DNA from: Squalus acanthias
Taxonomy: Eukaryota
NCBI GenBank assembly: GCA_030390025.1
Contig: CM059432.1
Coordinates: 18,974,001-19,038,000 of the forward strand
DNA: 64,000 bases
Reading direction: 5' to 3'
Shown: in pieces, positions 24,780-37,939 of the stretch
Position numbering within the stretch: the first letter of the stretch is position 1
Layout of the letters: each line of letters starts with the position of its first letter
The notes under the pieces: generated by a model
Told to the model about the DNA's origin: nothing
The model's input: only the letters and a program-made list of their open reading frames with translations
Databases searched by the model: none
Made by a program: the position numbers and the translations under genes

Positions 24780-26431
24780 CAAGGAAATCACTATCACTAA
24801 GGAAATAGTACTTGGTAAAATAATGGGACTAAAAGACGACAAGTCCCCCGGACCAGATGGCCTGCATCCCAGGGTCGTAAAAGAAGTGGCTGCAGAGATA
24901 GTGGATGCATTGGTTGCAATATACCAAAATTCCCTGGACTCTGGAGAGGTCCCAGCAGATTGGAAAACCGCAAATGTAACACCCCTATTTAAGAAAGGAG
25001 GGAGACAGAAAGCAGGAAACTATAGACCAGTTAGCCTAACATCTGTCGTTGGGAAAATGCTGCAGTCTTTCATTAAGGAAGCAATAGCAGGGCATTTGGA
25101 AAATCATAATGCAGTCAAGCAGAGTCAGCATGGTTTTATGAAAGGAAATCATGTTTAATAAATTTGCTAGAGTTCTTTGAGGATGTAACGAGCAGGGTGG
25201 ACAAAGGTGAGCCAGTGGATGTGGTGTATTTGGATTTCCAGAAGGCATTCGATAAGGTGCCACATAAAAGGTTACTGCATAAGATAAGAGCTCACGGAAT
25301 TGGGGGTAATATATTAGCATGGATAGAGAATTGGCTAACTAACAGAAAGCAGAGAGTCGGGATAAATGGGTCATTTTCCGGTTGGCAAACGGTAACTAGT
25401 GGGGTGCCACAGGGATCGGTGCTGGGGCCTCAACTATTTACAATCTACATTAATGACTTGGATGAAGGGACCGAGTGTAATGTAGCCAAGTTTGCGGATG
25501 ATACAAAGATGGGTGGGAAAGCAAGTTGTGCAGAGGACTCAAAGAATCTGCAAAGGGATACAGACAGATTAAGTGAGTGGGCAAACATTTGGCAGATGGA
25601 GTATAATGTGGGAAAGTACAAGGTTATCCACTTTGGCAGGAAAAATAAAAAAGCAAACTATTATTTAAATGGAGAGAGATTACAAAATGCTACAGTTCAG
25701 AGGGATCTGGGGGTCCTTGTGCATGAAACACAAAAAGTTAGCATGCAGGTACAGCAAGTAATCAAAAAGGCAAATGGAATGTTGGCCTTTATTGCAAGGG
25801 GATTGGAGTATAAAAGCAGGGAAGTCCTGCTACAACTGTACAGGGTATTGGTGAGACCACACCTTGAGTACTGTGTACAATTTTGGTCTCCTTATTTAAG
25901 GAAGAATATACTTGCATTGGAGGCAGTTCAGAGACAATTCACTAGGTTAATTCCAGAGATGAGGGGGTTGACTTATGAGGAAAGGTTGAGCAGGCTGGGC
26001 CTAAACTCATTGGAATTTAGAAGAATGAGAGGTGATCTTATTGAAACATATAAGTTACTGAGAGGGCTCAACAAGGTAGATGCAGAGAGGATGTTTCCCC
26101 TCGTGGGGAAATCTAGAACTCGGGGGCACAGTTTCAGAATAAAGGGTCGCCCTTTTAGAACTGAGATGAGGAGGAATTTCTTCTCTCAGAGAGTCGTAAA
26201 TTTGTGGAATTCTCTGCCCCAGAGAGCTGTGGAGGCTGGGTCATTAAATACATTTAAGGTGGAGATAGACAGATTTTTGCAAGATAAGGGAGTGAAGAAT
26301 TATGGGGAGCGGGCAGGGAAGTGGCTTTGAGCCCAAGATCAGCCATGATCTTATTGAATGGCGGAGCAGGCTCGAGGGCCAAGTGGCCTATTCCTGCTCC
26401 TATTTCTTATGTTCTTATGTTCTTATGTTCT
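24780..26431 (+). mobile_element. 5'-truncated, well-preserved CR1 LINE
   Basis: ORFs 24700-25158 and 25164-26330 (one break) with full RT motifs; (TTATGTTC)3 tail. Confidence 0.95.
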
Positions 26432-26754
26432 AAGCACAGGTCCAAGAATTAGGACTGCAGCCTTATATTCCTATCTCCGATTTGCATTTTCACCAAGCAA
26501 GGCTGCACACCCGCAGTGGTGATGTTGTTCATGGGTAGTTTGGGACCTAAAGTACTTCTTACATTTACCACTGTAGCCTAAATGTGGCAGAATTCACCCA
26601 TCACCGCAATATATCACATGACTGACGCAAGGCAAAAGAATGACGCACCTGACTGGTACTGAAAGATTCGAGACCTCACAGATATATTTATAATACCATT
26701 TACCCATCATTTTACAAAACTTGCTTAAGATCCAACTATCGACGTATGATCTTC

Positions 26755-27015
26755 CCTCGTCACTATTTCAAAGAAAAGCAGGGCAGTTATCCCCAGTGTC
26801 CTAGTAATTAACTATTCTTCAATCAAGATCACTAAAACGGATCAACTGGTCATTATCACATTGCTGTTTGTGGGAGCTTGCTGTGTGCAAATTGGCTGCC
26901 GCATTTCCTATATTACAACAGTGACCACAGTTCAAAAGTACTTCATTGGCTGTAAAGCACTTTGGGGCGTCCTGAGGTCGTTAAGCGCGCCATACAAATG
27001 CGAGTCTTTCTTTTT
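26755..27015 (+). mobile_element. 3' half of a DeuSINE-like SINE
   Basis: cattgctgtttgtgggagcttgctgtgtgcaaattggctgcc...ggctgtaaagcactttggg. Confidence 0.75.
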
Positions 27016-27367
27016 CTTTCTTTCCTCTAAATTTCCAATTATTAAAAAAAAAAATTTACGCTATCTCACATGGTGGATTTGGACTATTTGTTTAAGAAGC
27101 AAGTACCTTATTTATTTATTTGCTTGCTCTTCCGTTTCCAAAACTTTAATTTTCTGTTGTTTAATTTATTATATATATATATTTTTCTCCTCCTTCATGA
27201 TGAATTTTGTTATTCAAGCAGCTTCTCGAGCCTGGAGCAAATTATGATCTCAAATAGATATGAAGCTTCTGGGGAAAAGGAGGACTTTGAGCAGATCCAT
27301 TAAATAAATATCAATGGCACCAACAAACAATTCAAAGAGGGGAAATTATTAACACAGTTAAAAATTC

Positions 27368-27455
27368 AGTAGTGATAGGAGATTCAATCGTTAAAGGCTC
27401 TGACAAGCTCTTTTGCAGTCCAGACTGACAGTCCTGGATGCGTCGTTACCTCCTA
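27368..27455 (+). mobile_element. CR1 ORF1 SGNH-esterase fragment
   Basis: Translates VVIGDSIVKGSDKLFC (GDS motif). Confidence 0.55.
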
Positions 27456-27671
27456 TGGTGCCAGCCTTGGCTCAGTGGTAGCACTCCCAACTCAGTCACA
27501 AGGTTGTGGGCCCAGCCCAGAGATATGAGCACATAATCTAGACTGGCACTTCAGTGCAGTACTGAGGTAATGCTGCACTGTTGGAGGTGCCAACCTTCAG
27601 ATGTGACTTTAAAGCGAGGCCCCATCTGTTCTCTCAGGTGGGTGGAAAAGATTCCATGACACTATGCAAAG

Positions 27672-27810
27672 ACGAAAGCCAAATACTGCGGATGCTGGAA
27701 ATCTGAAATAAAAATCAGAAAATGCTGGAAGCACTCAGCAGGTCAGGCAGCATCTGTGGAGAGAGAAACAATGTTAACGTTTCAGATCGATGACCTTTCA
27801 TCAGAACATC
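27672..27810 (-). mobile_element. Penelope-like terminal repeat fragment carrying a hammerhead motif
   Basis: Imperfect 15-bp TSD tgacactatgcaaag / tggcactattcaaag (27657-27671, 27811-27825). Confidence 0.7.
27771..27809 (-). ncRNA. Minimal type I hammerhead ribozyme motif
   Basis: Minus strand AUGUU-CUGAUGA-A-AGGUC-AUC-GAUCU-GAAA-CG-UU-AACAU: stem I 5 bp, stem II 5 bp, palindromic stem III. Confidence 0.75.
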
Positions 27811-28387
27811 TGGCACTATTCAAAGGGTTGGTTTCTTGGCCAATATTTATCCCTCAACCAACATCACTAAAACAAATTATCTGGTCATTATTTCATTGCT
27901 GTTTGTGGGATCTTGCCGTGTGCAAATTGGCTGCCCTGTTTACATTACAACAATGACAACATTTCAAAAAGTACACTGTTGGCTGTAAAACACTTTGGAA
28001 TGTCCTGAGGTTGTGAAAGGTGCTATATAAATGCAAGTTCTTTCTTTCTTTCAACTACTTCAGGATTCACCTCCTGCCTGATATCCTTCTTTTTAGTAAA
28101 GACTGATGCAAAGTATTTATTAAATACCTCCATCATTTTTTGGTCATTATCTGCAAATTGACATTCCTCTCCTCTTAGGTACCAATACCCAACAAGATCG
28201 AGTCCCTCTTGCTGACAGCACACCTTGAGTCATGTATGATTTCCCTAACCTTCCTGTCCTTTCCTATTCTAGAGCATGGCTAGGGAAGTAATCCTGACAT
28301 TGCTAATTGTGAAGTTCCACTCCTAAGCTTGTTCTCAAATCTCCTAAATTTGTTTTGTAAGATATCAGGCCTTTCTTTAACTACATC

Positions 28388-28920
28388 AGCCCGGAATTTG
28401 TGGTAGGTAATGACGGCGAACTGTCAGGGTTCACCAAGTACCCCTCTGAAACTGACCGCAACTTCAGGATTTAACGCACGCAATGCGGAAATCCTGAAGT
28501 CGCGGTCAGTTATTTACTGTTCCGACACTGGTTGTGCTGTGGAAATCCCCTCCACCACCACCACCCCCTCCCGCCCCGCCCCATAGCCGGCAATCAGTGA
28601 AATCAGTAAAATCAGTGAAATCAGTGAAACTGACGAAAACTTGGGCTTTTCCGCGGTAATATCTCGGTCAAATACTCCATTAATGTTAGGCCTTGTTGGA
28701 ATAGGTGTAACTGGAGTTTTAACAGCATATTGACTGCTAAACAAACATTATGGTCCTGAAAAACTAATTTTTATATTTGTGGAGTGTCAGATTTCTCCAT
28801 TATGATATAACTTACAATTTGTTAAAAAAAAAAATTTTAATTTAAAGTTTGTTCATTATATTTCAGCTTCTACCTTATTCCCATGTGAAAGTCACAATCC
28901 TTAATTCACCCTCTGTTTTC
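28388..28920. mobile_element. Probable non-autonomous DNA transposon fragment, truncated by CR1
   Basis: CpG-rich start gcccggaatttg; internal inverted repeat tgaccgcaacttcaggattt / aaatcctgaagtcgcggtca; (AATCAGTGA)n. Confidence 0.45.
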
Positions 28921-29601
28921 AGGACTATAATGGACTTCATCCTAGGGTCTTAAAAGAAGTGGCTAGTGAGATAGTTGATGCGTTGGTTTTAATTTTCTAA
29001 AATTCCCTAGATTCGGGGAAGGTTCCATTAGATTGGAAAATAATGAATGTAACTCCTTTATTCAAAAAGGGAGGGAAACAGAAAGCAGGAAACTACAAGC
29101 CAGTTAGCTTAACATCTGTCATAGGGAAGATGTTAGAAGCTATTATTAAAGGCGTTATAGCAGGGCACTTAGAAAAGTTTAAAGTAATCAGGCAGAGTCA
29201 ATATGGTTTTGTGCAAGGGAAATCATGTTTAACCAATTTATTGGAGTTCTTTGAGGAAGTAAAATGTGCTGTGGATAAAGGGGAACCAGTGGATGTACCG
29301 TACTTAGATTTCCAGAAGGCATTTGATAAGGTGCCACATCAAAGGTTATTGTGGAAAATAAAAGCCCATGGTGTAGGGGGCAACATATTGGCATGGATAG
29401 AAGATTGGCTAGCTAACAGGAAACAGAGAGTAGGCATAAATGGGTAATATTCTGATTGGCAAGATGTAACGAGTGGTGTGCCACAGGGATCAGTGCTGGG
29501 GCCTCAACTTTTTACAATTTATATAAATGACTTAGATGAAGGGACCGAAGGTATGGTTGCTAAATTTGCTGATGACACAAAGATAGGTAGGAGAGTAAAT
29601 T

Positions 29602-31602
29602 GTGAAGAGGGCAAGGAGTCTACAAAGGGATATAGATAGGTTAAGTGAGTGGGCAAAGATCTGGCAAATGGAGTATAATGTGGGAAAATGTGAAGTTGTC
29701 CATTTTGGCAGGAAGAATAAAAAAGAAGCATATTATCTAAATGGTGAGAGATTGCAGAGCTCTGAGATGCAGAGGGATCTGGGTGTCCTAGTGCATGAAT
29801 CGCAAAAGGTTACTGTTACTATGCAGGTACAGCAAGTAATTAGGAAAGTTAATAGAATGTTATCATTTATTGCGAGGGGAATTGAATACAAAAGTAGGGA
29901 GGTTATGCTTCAGTTATACACAGATCCGACCAAAGAACACACCCGCCAACTCAATAGACTGATCAAGACCTTCGATCCAGACCTTCAAAACATCCTACGC
30001 ACTCTCATCCCATGTACTCCCCGCGTAGGAGACTTTTACTGCCTCCCAAAGATACACAAAGCCAACACACCCGGACGTCCTATCGTATCAGGCAACGGAA
30101 CCTTGTGTGAGAACCTCTCTGGGTACGTCGAGGGCATCCTGAAACCCATCATACAGGGATCCCCCAGCTTCTGTCGCGACACCACAGACTTCTTGCAGAA
30201 ACTCAGCACCCATGGACCAGTTGAACCAGGAACACTCCTCGCCACGATGGACGTATCGGCACTCTACACCAATATCCCCCACAATGACGGGATCGCTGCG
30301 ACAGCCTCAGTACTCAACACCAACAACAGCCAATCTCCAGACGCCATCCTACAACTCATCCGCTTCATCCTTGACCACAATGTCTTCACCTTCGACAACC
30401 AGTTTTTTACCCAAACACACAGAACAGCCATAGGGACCAAATTCGCACCCCAATACGCCAACATCTTCATGCACAAGTTCGAGCAAGACTTCTTCGCTGC
30501 ACAGGACCTCCAACCAACGCTGTACACCAGATACATCGATGACATCTTCTTCCTTTGGACCCACGGCGAAGGATCACTGAAAGGATTACATGATAACATC
30601 AATAGGTTCCATCCCACCATCAAACTCACCATGGACTACTCCTCAGAATCGGTTTCATTCTTGGACACACGAATCTCCATCAAAGACGGACACCTCAGCA
30701 CTTCACTCTACCGCAAGCCCACGGACAACCTCACGATGCTCCACTTCTCCAGCTTCCACCCTAACCACGTTAAAGAAGCCATCCCCTATGGACAAGGCTT
30801 GCGAATACACAGGATCTGCTCAGACGAGGAGGAACGCGATGGACACCTACGGACACTGAAAGACGCCCTCGTAAGAACGGGATATGACGCTCGACTCGTC
30901 AATCGACAGTTCCGACGGGCCACAGCGAAAAACCGCATAGACCTCCTCAGAAGGCGAACACGGGACACAACCAACAGAGTACCCTACGTCGTCCAGTACT
31001 TCCCCGGAGCGGCGAAACTACGCCATGTTCTTCGCAGCCTTCAACATGTCATCGATGACGACGAACACCTTGCTAAGGCCATCCCCACGCCTCCACTACT
31101 CGCCTTCAAGCAGCCGCCTAACCTCAAAAGTACCATCGTTGGCAGCAAATTACCCAGCTGTCAGGAGAACAGCGACCACGACACCACACAACCCTGCCAT
31201 GGCAACCTCTGCAAGACATGCCAGATCATGAACACAGATACCGTCATCACACGTGAGGACACTACCCACCAGGTACATGGTACATACTCATGTGACTCGG
31301 CCAACGTTGTCTACCTGATACGTTGCAGGAAAGGATGCCCCAGAGCATGGTACATCGGCGAGACCATGCAGACACTGAGACAACGTATGAACGGACACCG
31401 CACAACAATCGCCAGGCAGGATAGTTACCTCCCAGTCGGGGAACACTTCAGCAGTCAAGGACATTCAGCCTCGGATCTGCGGGTTAGCGTTCTCCAAGGC
31501 GGCCTTCGAGACACACGACAACGCAAAATCATCGAGCAGAAACTGATAGCCAAGTTCCGCACCCATGAGGACGGCTTCAATAGGGATAGCTACAGAACGT
31601 AA
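29602..31602 (+). CDS. 666-aa chimeric ORF: CR1 RT C-terminal part fused in frame to Penelope RT/GIY-YIG; expression not shown
   Basis: Junction ...[14 protein letters not shown]... coincides with the TSD. Confidence 0.5.
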   Translation: MKRARSLQRDIDRLSEWAKIWQMEYNVGKCEVVHFGRKNKKEAYYLNGERLQSSEMQRDLGVLVHESQKVTVTMQVQQVIRKVNRMLSFIARGIEYKSREVMLQLYTDPTKEHTRQLNRLIKTFDPDLQNILRTLIPCTPRVGDFYCLPKIHKANTPGRPIVSGNGTLCENLSGYVEGILKPIIQGSPSFCRDTTDFLQKLSTHGPVEPGTLLATMDVSALYTNIPHNDGIAATASVLNTNNSQSPDAILQLIRFILDHNVFTFDNQFFTQTHRTAIGTKFAPQYANIFMHKFEQDFFAAQDLQPTLYTRYIDDIFFLWTHGEGSLKGLHDNINRFHPTIKLTMDYSSESVSFLDTRISIKDGHLSTSLYRKPTDNLTMLHFSSFHPNHVKEAIPYGQGLRIHRICSDEEERDGHLRTLKDALVRTGYDARLVNRQFRRATAKNRIDLLRRRTRDTTNRVPYVVQYFPGAAKLRHVLRSLQHVIDDDEHLAKAIPTPPLLAFKQPPNLKSTIVGSKLPSCQENSDHDTTQPCHGNLCKTCQIMNTDTVITREDTTHQVHGTYSCDSANVVYLIRCRKGCPRAWYIGETMQTLRQRMNGHRTTIARQDSYLPVGEHFSSQGHSASDLRVSVLQGGLRDTRQRKIIEQKLIAKFRTHEDGFNRDSYRT

Positions 31603-31961
31603 CTTGACATCGTTGTCTGTCTTTCCAGTTTAAAAAAAAACACTAAAAAAAACAAACCCAAAAAAAACCCCACTGCAGACAGCAGGATTTGACACATTGG
31701 ATCCCCTGTGACACATCTCATTATCTTGGCTGTGCTCTGGTGTGTCTTTGATGTAAGGACACCTTCCCTGAAAGATTGTATCTCTGCAGTTTCTGTTTTT
31801 ATATACTGTGTAATATTGTAGATTCACTCACTGTACCTTTACCTGACGAAGGGGCGACAGCTCCGAAAGCTTGTAATTTTAAATAAATCTGTTGGACTAT
31901 AACTTGGTGTTGTGCGACTTCTCATTTTTGTCCACCCCAGTCCAACACCGGCATCTCCGCA
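29921..31961 (+). mobile_element. 5'-truncated Penelope-like element (Neptune type): RT + Cys linker + GIY-YIG endonuclease + 3' repeat
   Basis: [54 protein letters not shown]...WYIGET, GFNRD. 11-bp TSD TCAGTTATACA (29910-29920, 31962-31972). Confidence 0.95.
31839..31876 (+). ncRNA. Minimal type I hammerhead ribozyme motif in the Penelope 3' repeat
   Basis: UUAC-CUGACGA-A-GGGGC-GACA-GCUCC-GAAA-GC-UU-GUAA. Confidence 0.8.
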
Positions 31962-32689
31962 TCAGTTATACAGGGCATTGGTGAGACCACATCTGGAGTA
32001 CTGTGTACAATATTGGTCTCCTTATTTAAGGAAGGATGTAAATGTGTTGGAAGCAGTTCAGAGAAGGTTTACTGGACTAATACCTGGAATGGGTGGGTTG
32101 TCTTAAAAGGAAAGGTTGAACAGGCTAGGCTTGTATCCGCTGAAGTTTAGAAGAGTAAGAGGTGATTTGATTGAAACATATAAGATCCTGAGGGGTCTGG
32201 ACAGGGTGGATGTGGAGAGGATGTTTCCTCTTGTGGGAGAATCTAGAACTAGGGGTCACTGTTTAAAAATAAGGGGTCGCCCATTTAAGACAGAGATGAG
32301 GAGAAATATTTTCTCTCAGAGGGTCGTGAGTCTTTGGAACTCTTTTCCTCAGAGGGCGGTAGAATCAGAGTCTTTGAATATTTTTAAGGCAGAGGTCAAT
32401 AGATTCTTGGTAAGCAAGGGGGTGAAAAGTTATCGGGGGTAGGCGGGAATTTGGAGTAATCAGATCAGCCATGATCTTATTGAATGGTGGAGCAGGTTCG
32501 AAGGGCCGAATGGTCTACTCCTGCTCCTAATTCGCATGTTCGTATGTACGTATGTTCGTATGTTCGTAACATTTTTAAAAGTCTGGATAAAAGCAACTTC
32601 TCATTTCCTGGTTTCCTGTCTGTGAGAATTCTTCAATGTAATTGGCTGCTAAGGCTGCTTGTTGATGTCACTGCAGCATCGCCAAAGGA

Positions 32690-33700
32690 ATTCCCATGAC
32701 AGAGCGCTGCAATCAATTGAACGTCAAAAAAGGCAAACTTCTCGCCACAGATATCTCAAGCGGTATTTACTCACCAATAACATGCTCACTGATGCTCAGT
32801 TTGGGTTCCGCCAGAACCACAGCTCCAGACCTCATTACAGCCTTGGTCCAAACATGGACAAAAGAGCTGAATTCCAGAGGTGAAGTGAGAGTGATTGCCC
32901 TTGACATTAAGGCAGCATTTGATCGAGTGTGGCATCAAGGAGCCCTAGTAAAACTGAAGTCAATAGGAATCAGGGGGAATCATATCTAGCACAAAGGAAA
33001 ATGGTTGTGGTTGATGGAGGCTAATCATCTAAGCCCCAGGACAGCGCTGCAGGAGTTCCTCAGGGCAGTGTCCTAGGCCCAACCATTTTCAACTACTTCA
33101 TCAATGACCTTCCCTCCATCATAAGGTCAGAAGTGGGGATGTTCGCTGATGATTGCAGAGTGTTCAGTTCCAGTCACAATTCCTGCAATCCATGTCTGCA
33201 TGCAGCAAGTTAAGTACAGCTCCAACAACACTCAAGAAGCTTGACACCATCATGGACAAAGCAGCCCGCTTGATCGACGCCCCATCCACCACCTTAAACA
33301 TTCACTCCCTCCAACACCGGTGCACTGTGGCTGCAGTGCGTACCATCTACAAAATGCACTGCAACAACTCGCCAAGGCTTCTTCGGCAGCACCTCCCAAA
33401 CCCGCGACCTCTACCACCTAGAAGGACGAAAGCAGTTCCCCACTTGGGAACGCCACTACCTCCAATTTCCTCTGCAAGTCATACACTATCCTGACTTGGA
33501 AATATATCGGCGTTCCTTCATCATCAATGTGTCAAAATCCTGGAACTCCCTACCGATCAGTACTGTGGGAGTACCTTCACCAACGGATTGTAGTGGTTCA
33601 AGGAGGCGGCTCACCACCACCTACTGAAGGGCAATTAGGGTTGGGCAATAAATGCTGGCCTTGCCAGCAACACCCACATCCCATAAATGAATTTAAAAAA
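32690..33700 (+). mobile_element. Decayed LINE of a distinct CR1/Jockey-group family
   Basis: [38 protein letters not shown]; internal deletions. Confidence 0.85.
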
Positions 33701-35029
33701 AGAAATCATTATTTTCATGAAGAACTTCTTGATATTTTTCCTAAATTTGTCTCTCTCCCCTGTCCTACTGAAGTAGTGCTACGAATTTATCTGTTCCATG
33801 TGTTTACTATTTTAAACACCTCTATAAGGACCCCTCTTAGTTACTCTCTTTTGATGCTGAATACTATTACAGGGGAGAAAACCCATATCTTTCAGGCTTA
33901 TAGTGCAATCTAAGCTATTTTCAAAATTGAGGCCAGCAGCAACAAAATGAGTCAACATCAGTCAAATATTCTCCGAACACATGAGGCCAGAAGCTCACTG
34001 GAAAAGCATCGTCCCTCCTCCTGTGTTAAGTTTTGGACTTTATTTTAATGTTCAGAGACAGCCCAATCAACATTTGACTGCAGGATGTTTTAGTCTATAA
34101 AATAACACAAGAGTGATGAATACAAATGTGTTCTCGCTGAATGCTTTAGTAAGCCTATCAGGCAAAAAAAAATCTATAGCTTCTGCGGCCCTTCAATTAA
34201 CCTAACAAAAAGAAATTCCAAAAGTGGTTCATGCAGCTCCATCTAGCTCAAGCCACCATGAAGGAAGAATTTGAAATCTGTGGAAACTGGGTTTAACAGC
34301 ATTGCAAATCACCGTTCTGTAATCCATTATAAGATTAAATTATTTTCTAATACACTTCAAAGAGGCTCAAAAGGGTGATTAATGTCTCAAAATGTAAGTC
34401 GGAGCCATAACTGAGGCAATTTAATGGAGTCTAATTTTTTTTTAAACTTTAAAGGAATTTATTCAGCAAAAACGAATCAGTTTTATTTTAGGGACAAGTC
34501 AAGGAATATGTGTGTGGACATGAGTTTTATTAGGTTTACTTAGTGAAATGACTTTGAAGTTTACCCTTTAGTATTTAGACTTAAGAAAGTCACTTTAACA
34601 TGATTTTCCATTCCGTCTCTTACTATATCAAATGACATTCATTTGGAGCATTTTTAAGGCGCGTTAGACACCTGGTGCCATTCTCTATGGTACTAGATAG
34701 TGACAATTAAAAGCGACAATTAAAAGTCTATGTTACATGAGTGACATCACATGACATTACCCAACAGATCAGGCTTTGTATTTTAGAAAAGTGCATCTTT
34801 TCCCTGATGTTTGCTTGAATAACGTTCTGAACAATGGTTTGTGTCTCAGTGGTTCTGTGAACCATTGCAGCAAAAAAGCTTACCGCAATGTCATTTAATG
34901 GTTGACTGAACGAAAAACAATTTGCAATTAAAAACTTCCCTCTGATTCTTTTTCCTAGTTTACCTGAAGTGAATTTGAGGAATGTGCAACAGTTTCAATA
35001 CATTGAAAGTCACTTAGAGATTGATTTCT

Positions 35030-37305
35030 GGTTGGAATGTTGGCCTTTATTGCAGGGGAGCTGGAATACAAAGAGGAGGAAGTTATGCTTCAGTTGTACA
35101 GAGCCTTGGTCAGACTTCACTGCAGGAAGGATATATTGGCCTTGGAGGGGGCACAGCGCAGATTCACCAGAATGATACTGCGGCTTAAAGGGTTAAATTG
35201 TATGGACAGGTTGCATAAACTTGCCTTGTATTCCTTTGAGTTTAGAAGATTGAGGGGTGATTTAATGGGCATCTTTAAAACAATTTACAGATTCTATAGA
35301 GTAGATACAGAGAAGCTATTTTCTCTGGTTGGGGAACAGGCTCGAGGGGCTGAATGGCTATCTCCTGTTCCTATGTTCCTATAGCTAGAAATATACCAAG
35401 AGCTAAAAACTAAATACTAAGGATTGAGAACTGAAGACTGACAGTACAGTGTAAATAAAACATCTTATATATGCTAATTTCTAAAGAAACCTCCTAAAGT
35501 TACAGATGTTATGTTAAACTTATATAGAGCCTTGGTTAGACCAAGTACTTAAGAGTACTGTGCACAGTTCTGCTCTCCATATTACAAAAAGGATGTACTG
35601 GAGGAAGTGAAAAAAAGATTTACAAGGATGATACCAGAAATTAAAGGGTACAACTATCAGGAAGGACTGAGAGGTTGGGGCTCTTTTCTCTAGAAAAGAG
35701 AAGACTGAGAGGTGATCTGTCTTTAAAATTATGAAAGGGCTTGATAGGGTAGACATAGAGAAGATGTTTCCACTTGTTGGGGAGTCCAAAACTAGGGGAC
35801 ATCCATATAAGGTAGTCACTAATAAATCCAATAAGGAATTCAGGAGAAACTTCTTTACTCAGGGAGTGGTGAGAATGCGTATCTTGCTACCAGATAGAAT
35901 GGTTGAGGCAAATAGCATAGATGATTTAAGGAGAAGCTAGATAAGTATGGGAGGGAGAAAGGAATAGAAGGATAAGTTGACAGAATGAGATAAGGTAAGG
36001 TGGGAGGTGGCTCGTATGGAGCATAGACCAGTTGGGCTGAATGGCCTGTTTCTGTGCTGTAAAATTCTATGTAATACTTTGTAAATTCTATTGCCCAATC
36101 TGAATTACTCATGTGTCAGAAGAGTTCTGCCTTTTTGGTGTGCATCACCTCACTCAGCCATGTTGGTACCCTGACAACTTCTAAATCAATGAAACACCGA
36201 CACCTAGACATGCCAGGTCACTCGTTTACTCCCTAGCTTCTCAGGTATTTGCTAGTACAGGGTCTTACACAGGTCCAGATAAGGCAAGGCAGCTTTCTGT
36301 TCCCCTTAAATGAGATCTCTCCAGGCCTGTGGACTTGATGGCTTGTCTTCAATCACTAGTTAGGAATGTTTTGTTTGTACAAGCCTTCATGTCTTAATTA
36401 GCATTAGCCCTTTTCTTCCCTATGTATGACTACTGACTCCATTTTGAGGTCACATTTAAGCCAATTCTTAGGGCATTTGTCTTACAGAGTTCCGCTAGAA
36501 AAGGCTGTATAAAGGCAAATGGGATTCTGAGTTTTATATGCAGGGACATTAGGGCAATTTTGTGAGGCTCCTCAAGATCAGCAGGGTGGAACTTCGTACT
36601 CTGTGGGTTAGAAAATCCAGCACTGGCACTTGAATGCCAAAAAATTGGGACTTTTTTCACTGGAAAAGAGCAGGTTAAGGGGGATCTAGTGGAGGGTTTC
36701 AAAATCATGAAAGGATTTGAGAGGATAATATGTAAAAAAAAATATTTCCGTTTTGGTAGGAAGAATAAGGAGCAGCAATGGTACAATTTTAAAGGGGGTG
36801 CAGGAACAGAGAGACCTGGGGGTGTACGGAAACAAGTCTTTGAAGGTGGCAGGACAAGTTGAGAATGCTGTTAAAAAGGCATATGGGACCCTTGGCTTTA
36901 TTAATAGAGGAATAGAGTACAAAAGCTGGGAAGTTATGCTAAACCTTTATAAAACACTGGATAGGCCCGAGCTGGAGAACCATTTCCAATTCTGGGCAAC
37001 ACACTTTAGGAAGGATGTCAAGGCCTCGGAGAGGGTGGAGAGGAGATTTACTAGAATGGTACCAGGAATGAAAGACTTCAGTTACGTGGAGAGGCTAGAG
37101 AAACTGGAGTTGTTCTCCTTAGAGCAGAGAAGGTTAAGGGAAGATTTGATAGAGATGTTCAAGATCATGAATGGTTTTGATTGAGTAAATAAGGAGAAAT
37201 CGTTTCCTGTGGCAGAAGGGTCGATAACCAGAGGACACAGATTTAAGGTAATTAACAAAAGAATCAGAGGCAACATGAGGAAACATTGTGTACTGGCAAA
37301 GGCAT
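35030..37305 (+). mobile_element. Cluster of four old CR1 3' fragments (~35030-35380, 35500-36070, 36490-36740, 36745-37305)
   Basis: Repeated LYRALVR / RRLRGDL / TRGH motifs with stops. Confidence 0.8.
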
Positions 37306-37487
37306 GAAATGCTGAATGGTCTCTTTATAAAAGAAAGACTTGCATTCATATGAAGGGATTTTTACTAGTCCTAGCCCCTTTAGGGCTACCCCAGATCAGG
37401 CGTATTTCTCAGACGTTCACTTTCAACTAAAGTTTGAGGTAGCCGGATCCTAAAGACGCTTAATTGGGTCTAAAGGTCCGGGCTATC

Positions 37488-37785
37488 CTCTTTTACAATA
37501 GTCACTATCTGTACAGATTAATGTGGGTTTCATAGGGTCTGCCTTTTCTAAAGCATATCGTAATGCTGCGGCTTCAGCATATTGCGCTGTCTTATGGTCA
37601 AGGTGTATTGGCAGTAATTCTTCTGGATAAAAAGAATAGGAATCTCGAAAAGTCCCGACTACTATCACCATCCCAGCTGAGGATTGTTGGGATGTCCCTT
37701 TTTTAATCATGATTGTCGATCCAACACAGTAAATGACTCGATGGTAGCAACTGTTTGTATTTCCTAATAAAAAAGACTTGGCCAA
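37488..37785 (-). pseudogene. Retroviral RNase H fragment
   Basis: VIYCVGS...HKTAQYAEAAALRYALEKA...LICTDSDY. Confidence 0.8.
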
Positions 37786-37939
37786 TTCCGACAGGGTTTG
37801 TCATTTCGTCAGGACCTAACCCCGATTAGGATTTAATATGAACATTATAAGAAATTTCTAGACCTCAATGGTATATTGAGGGAGTTCTGATTTAAGTTCT
37901 ACAAGGCCTGATCAGGAACTTGTCGTCTATAGAGACTTA

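Larger units (their letters stand above)
27458..28048 (+). mobile_element. DeuSINE-like SINE interrupted by a Penelope-like fragment
   Basis: tggctcagtgg head, Deu core, tail tataaatgcaagttctttc. Confidence 0.8.
28920..32567 (+). mobile_element. CR1 LINE split by a Penelope-like insertion
   Basis: CR1 RT 29043-29920 stops at ...MLQLY and resumes at 31962 with [14 protein letters not shown]; (GTATGTTC) tail. Confidence 0.95.

Noticed and set aside
28592..28632. Short direct repeats (AATCAGTGA)n
   Set aside because: Simple tandem repeat with no spacers, so not a CRISPR array; eukaryotic context.
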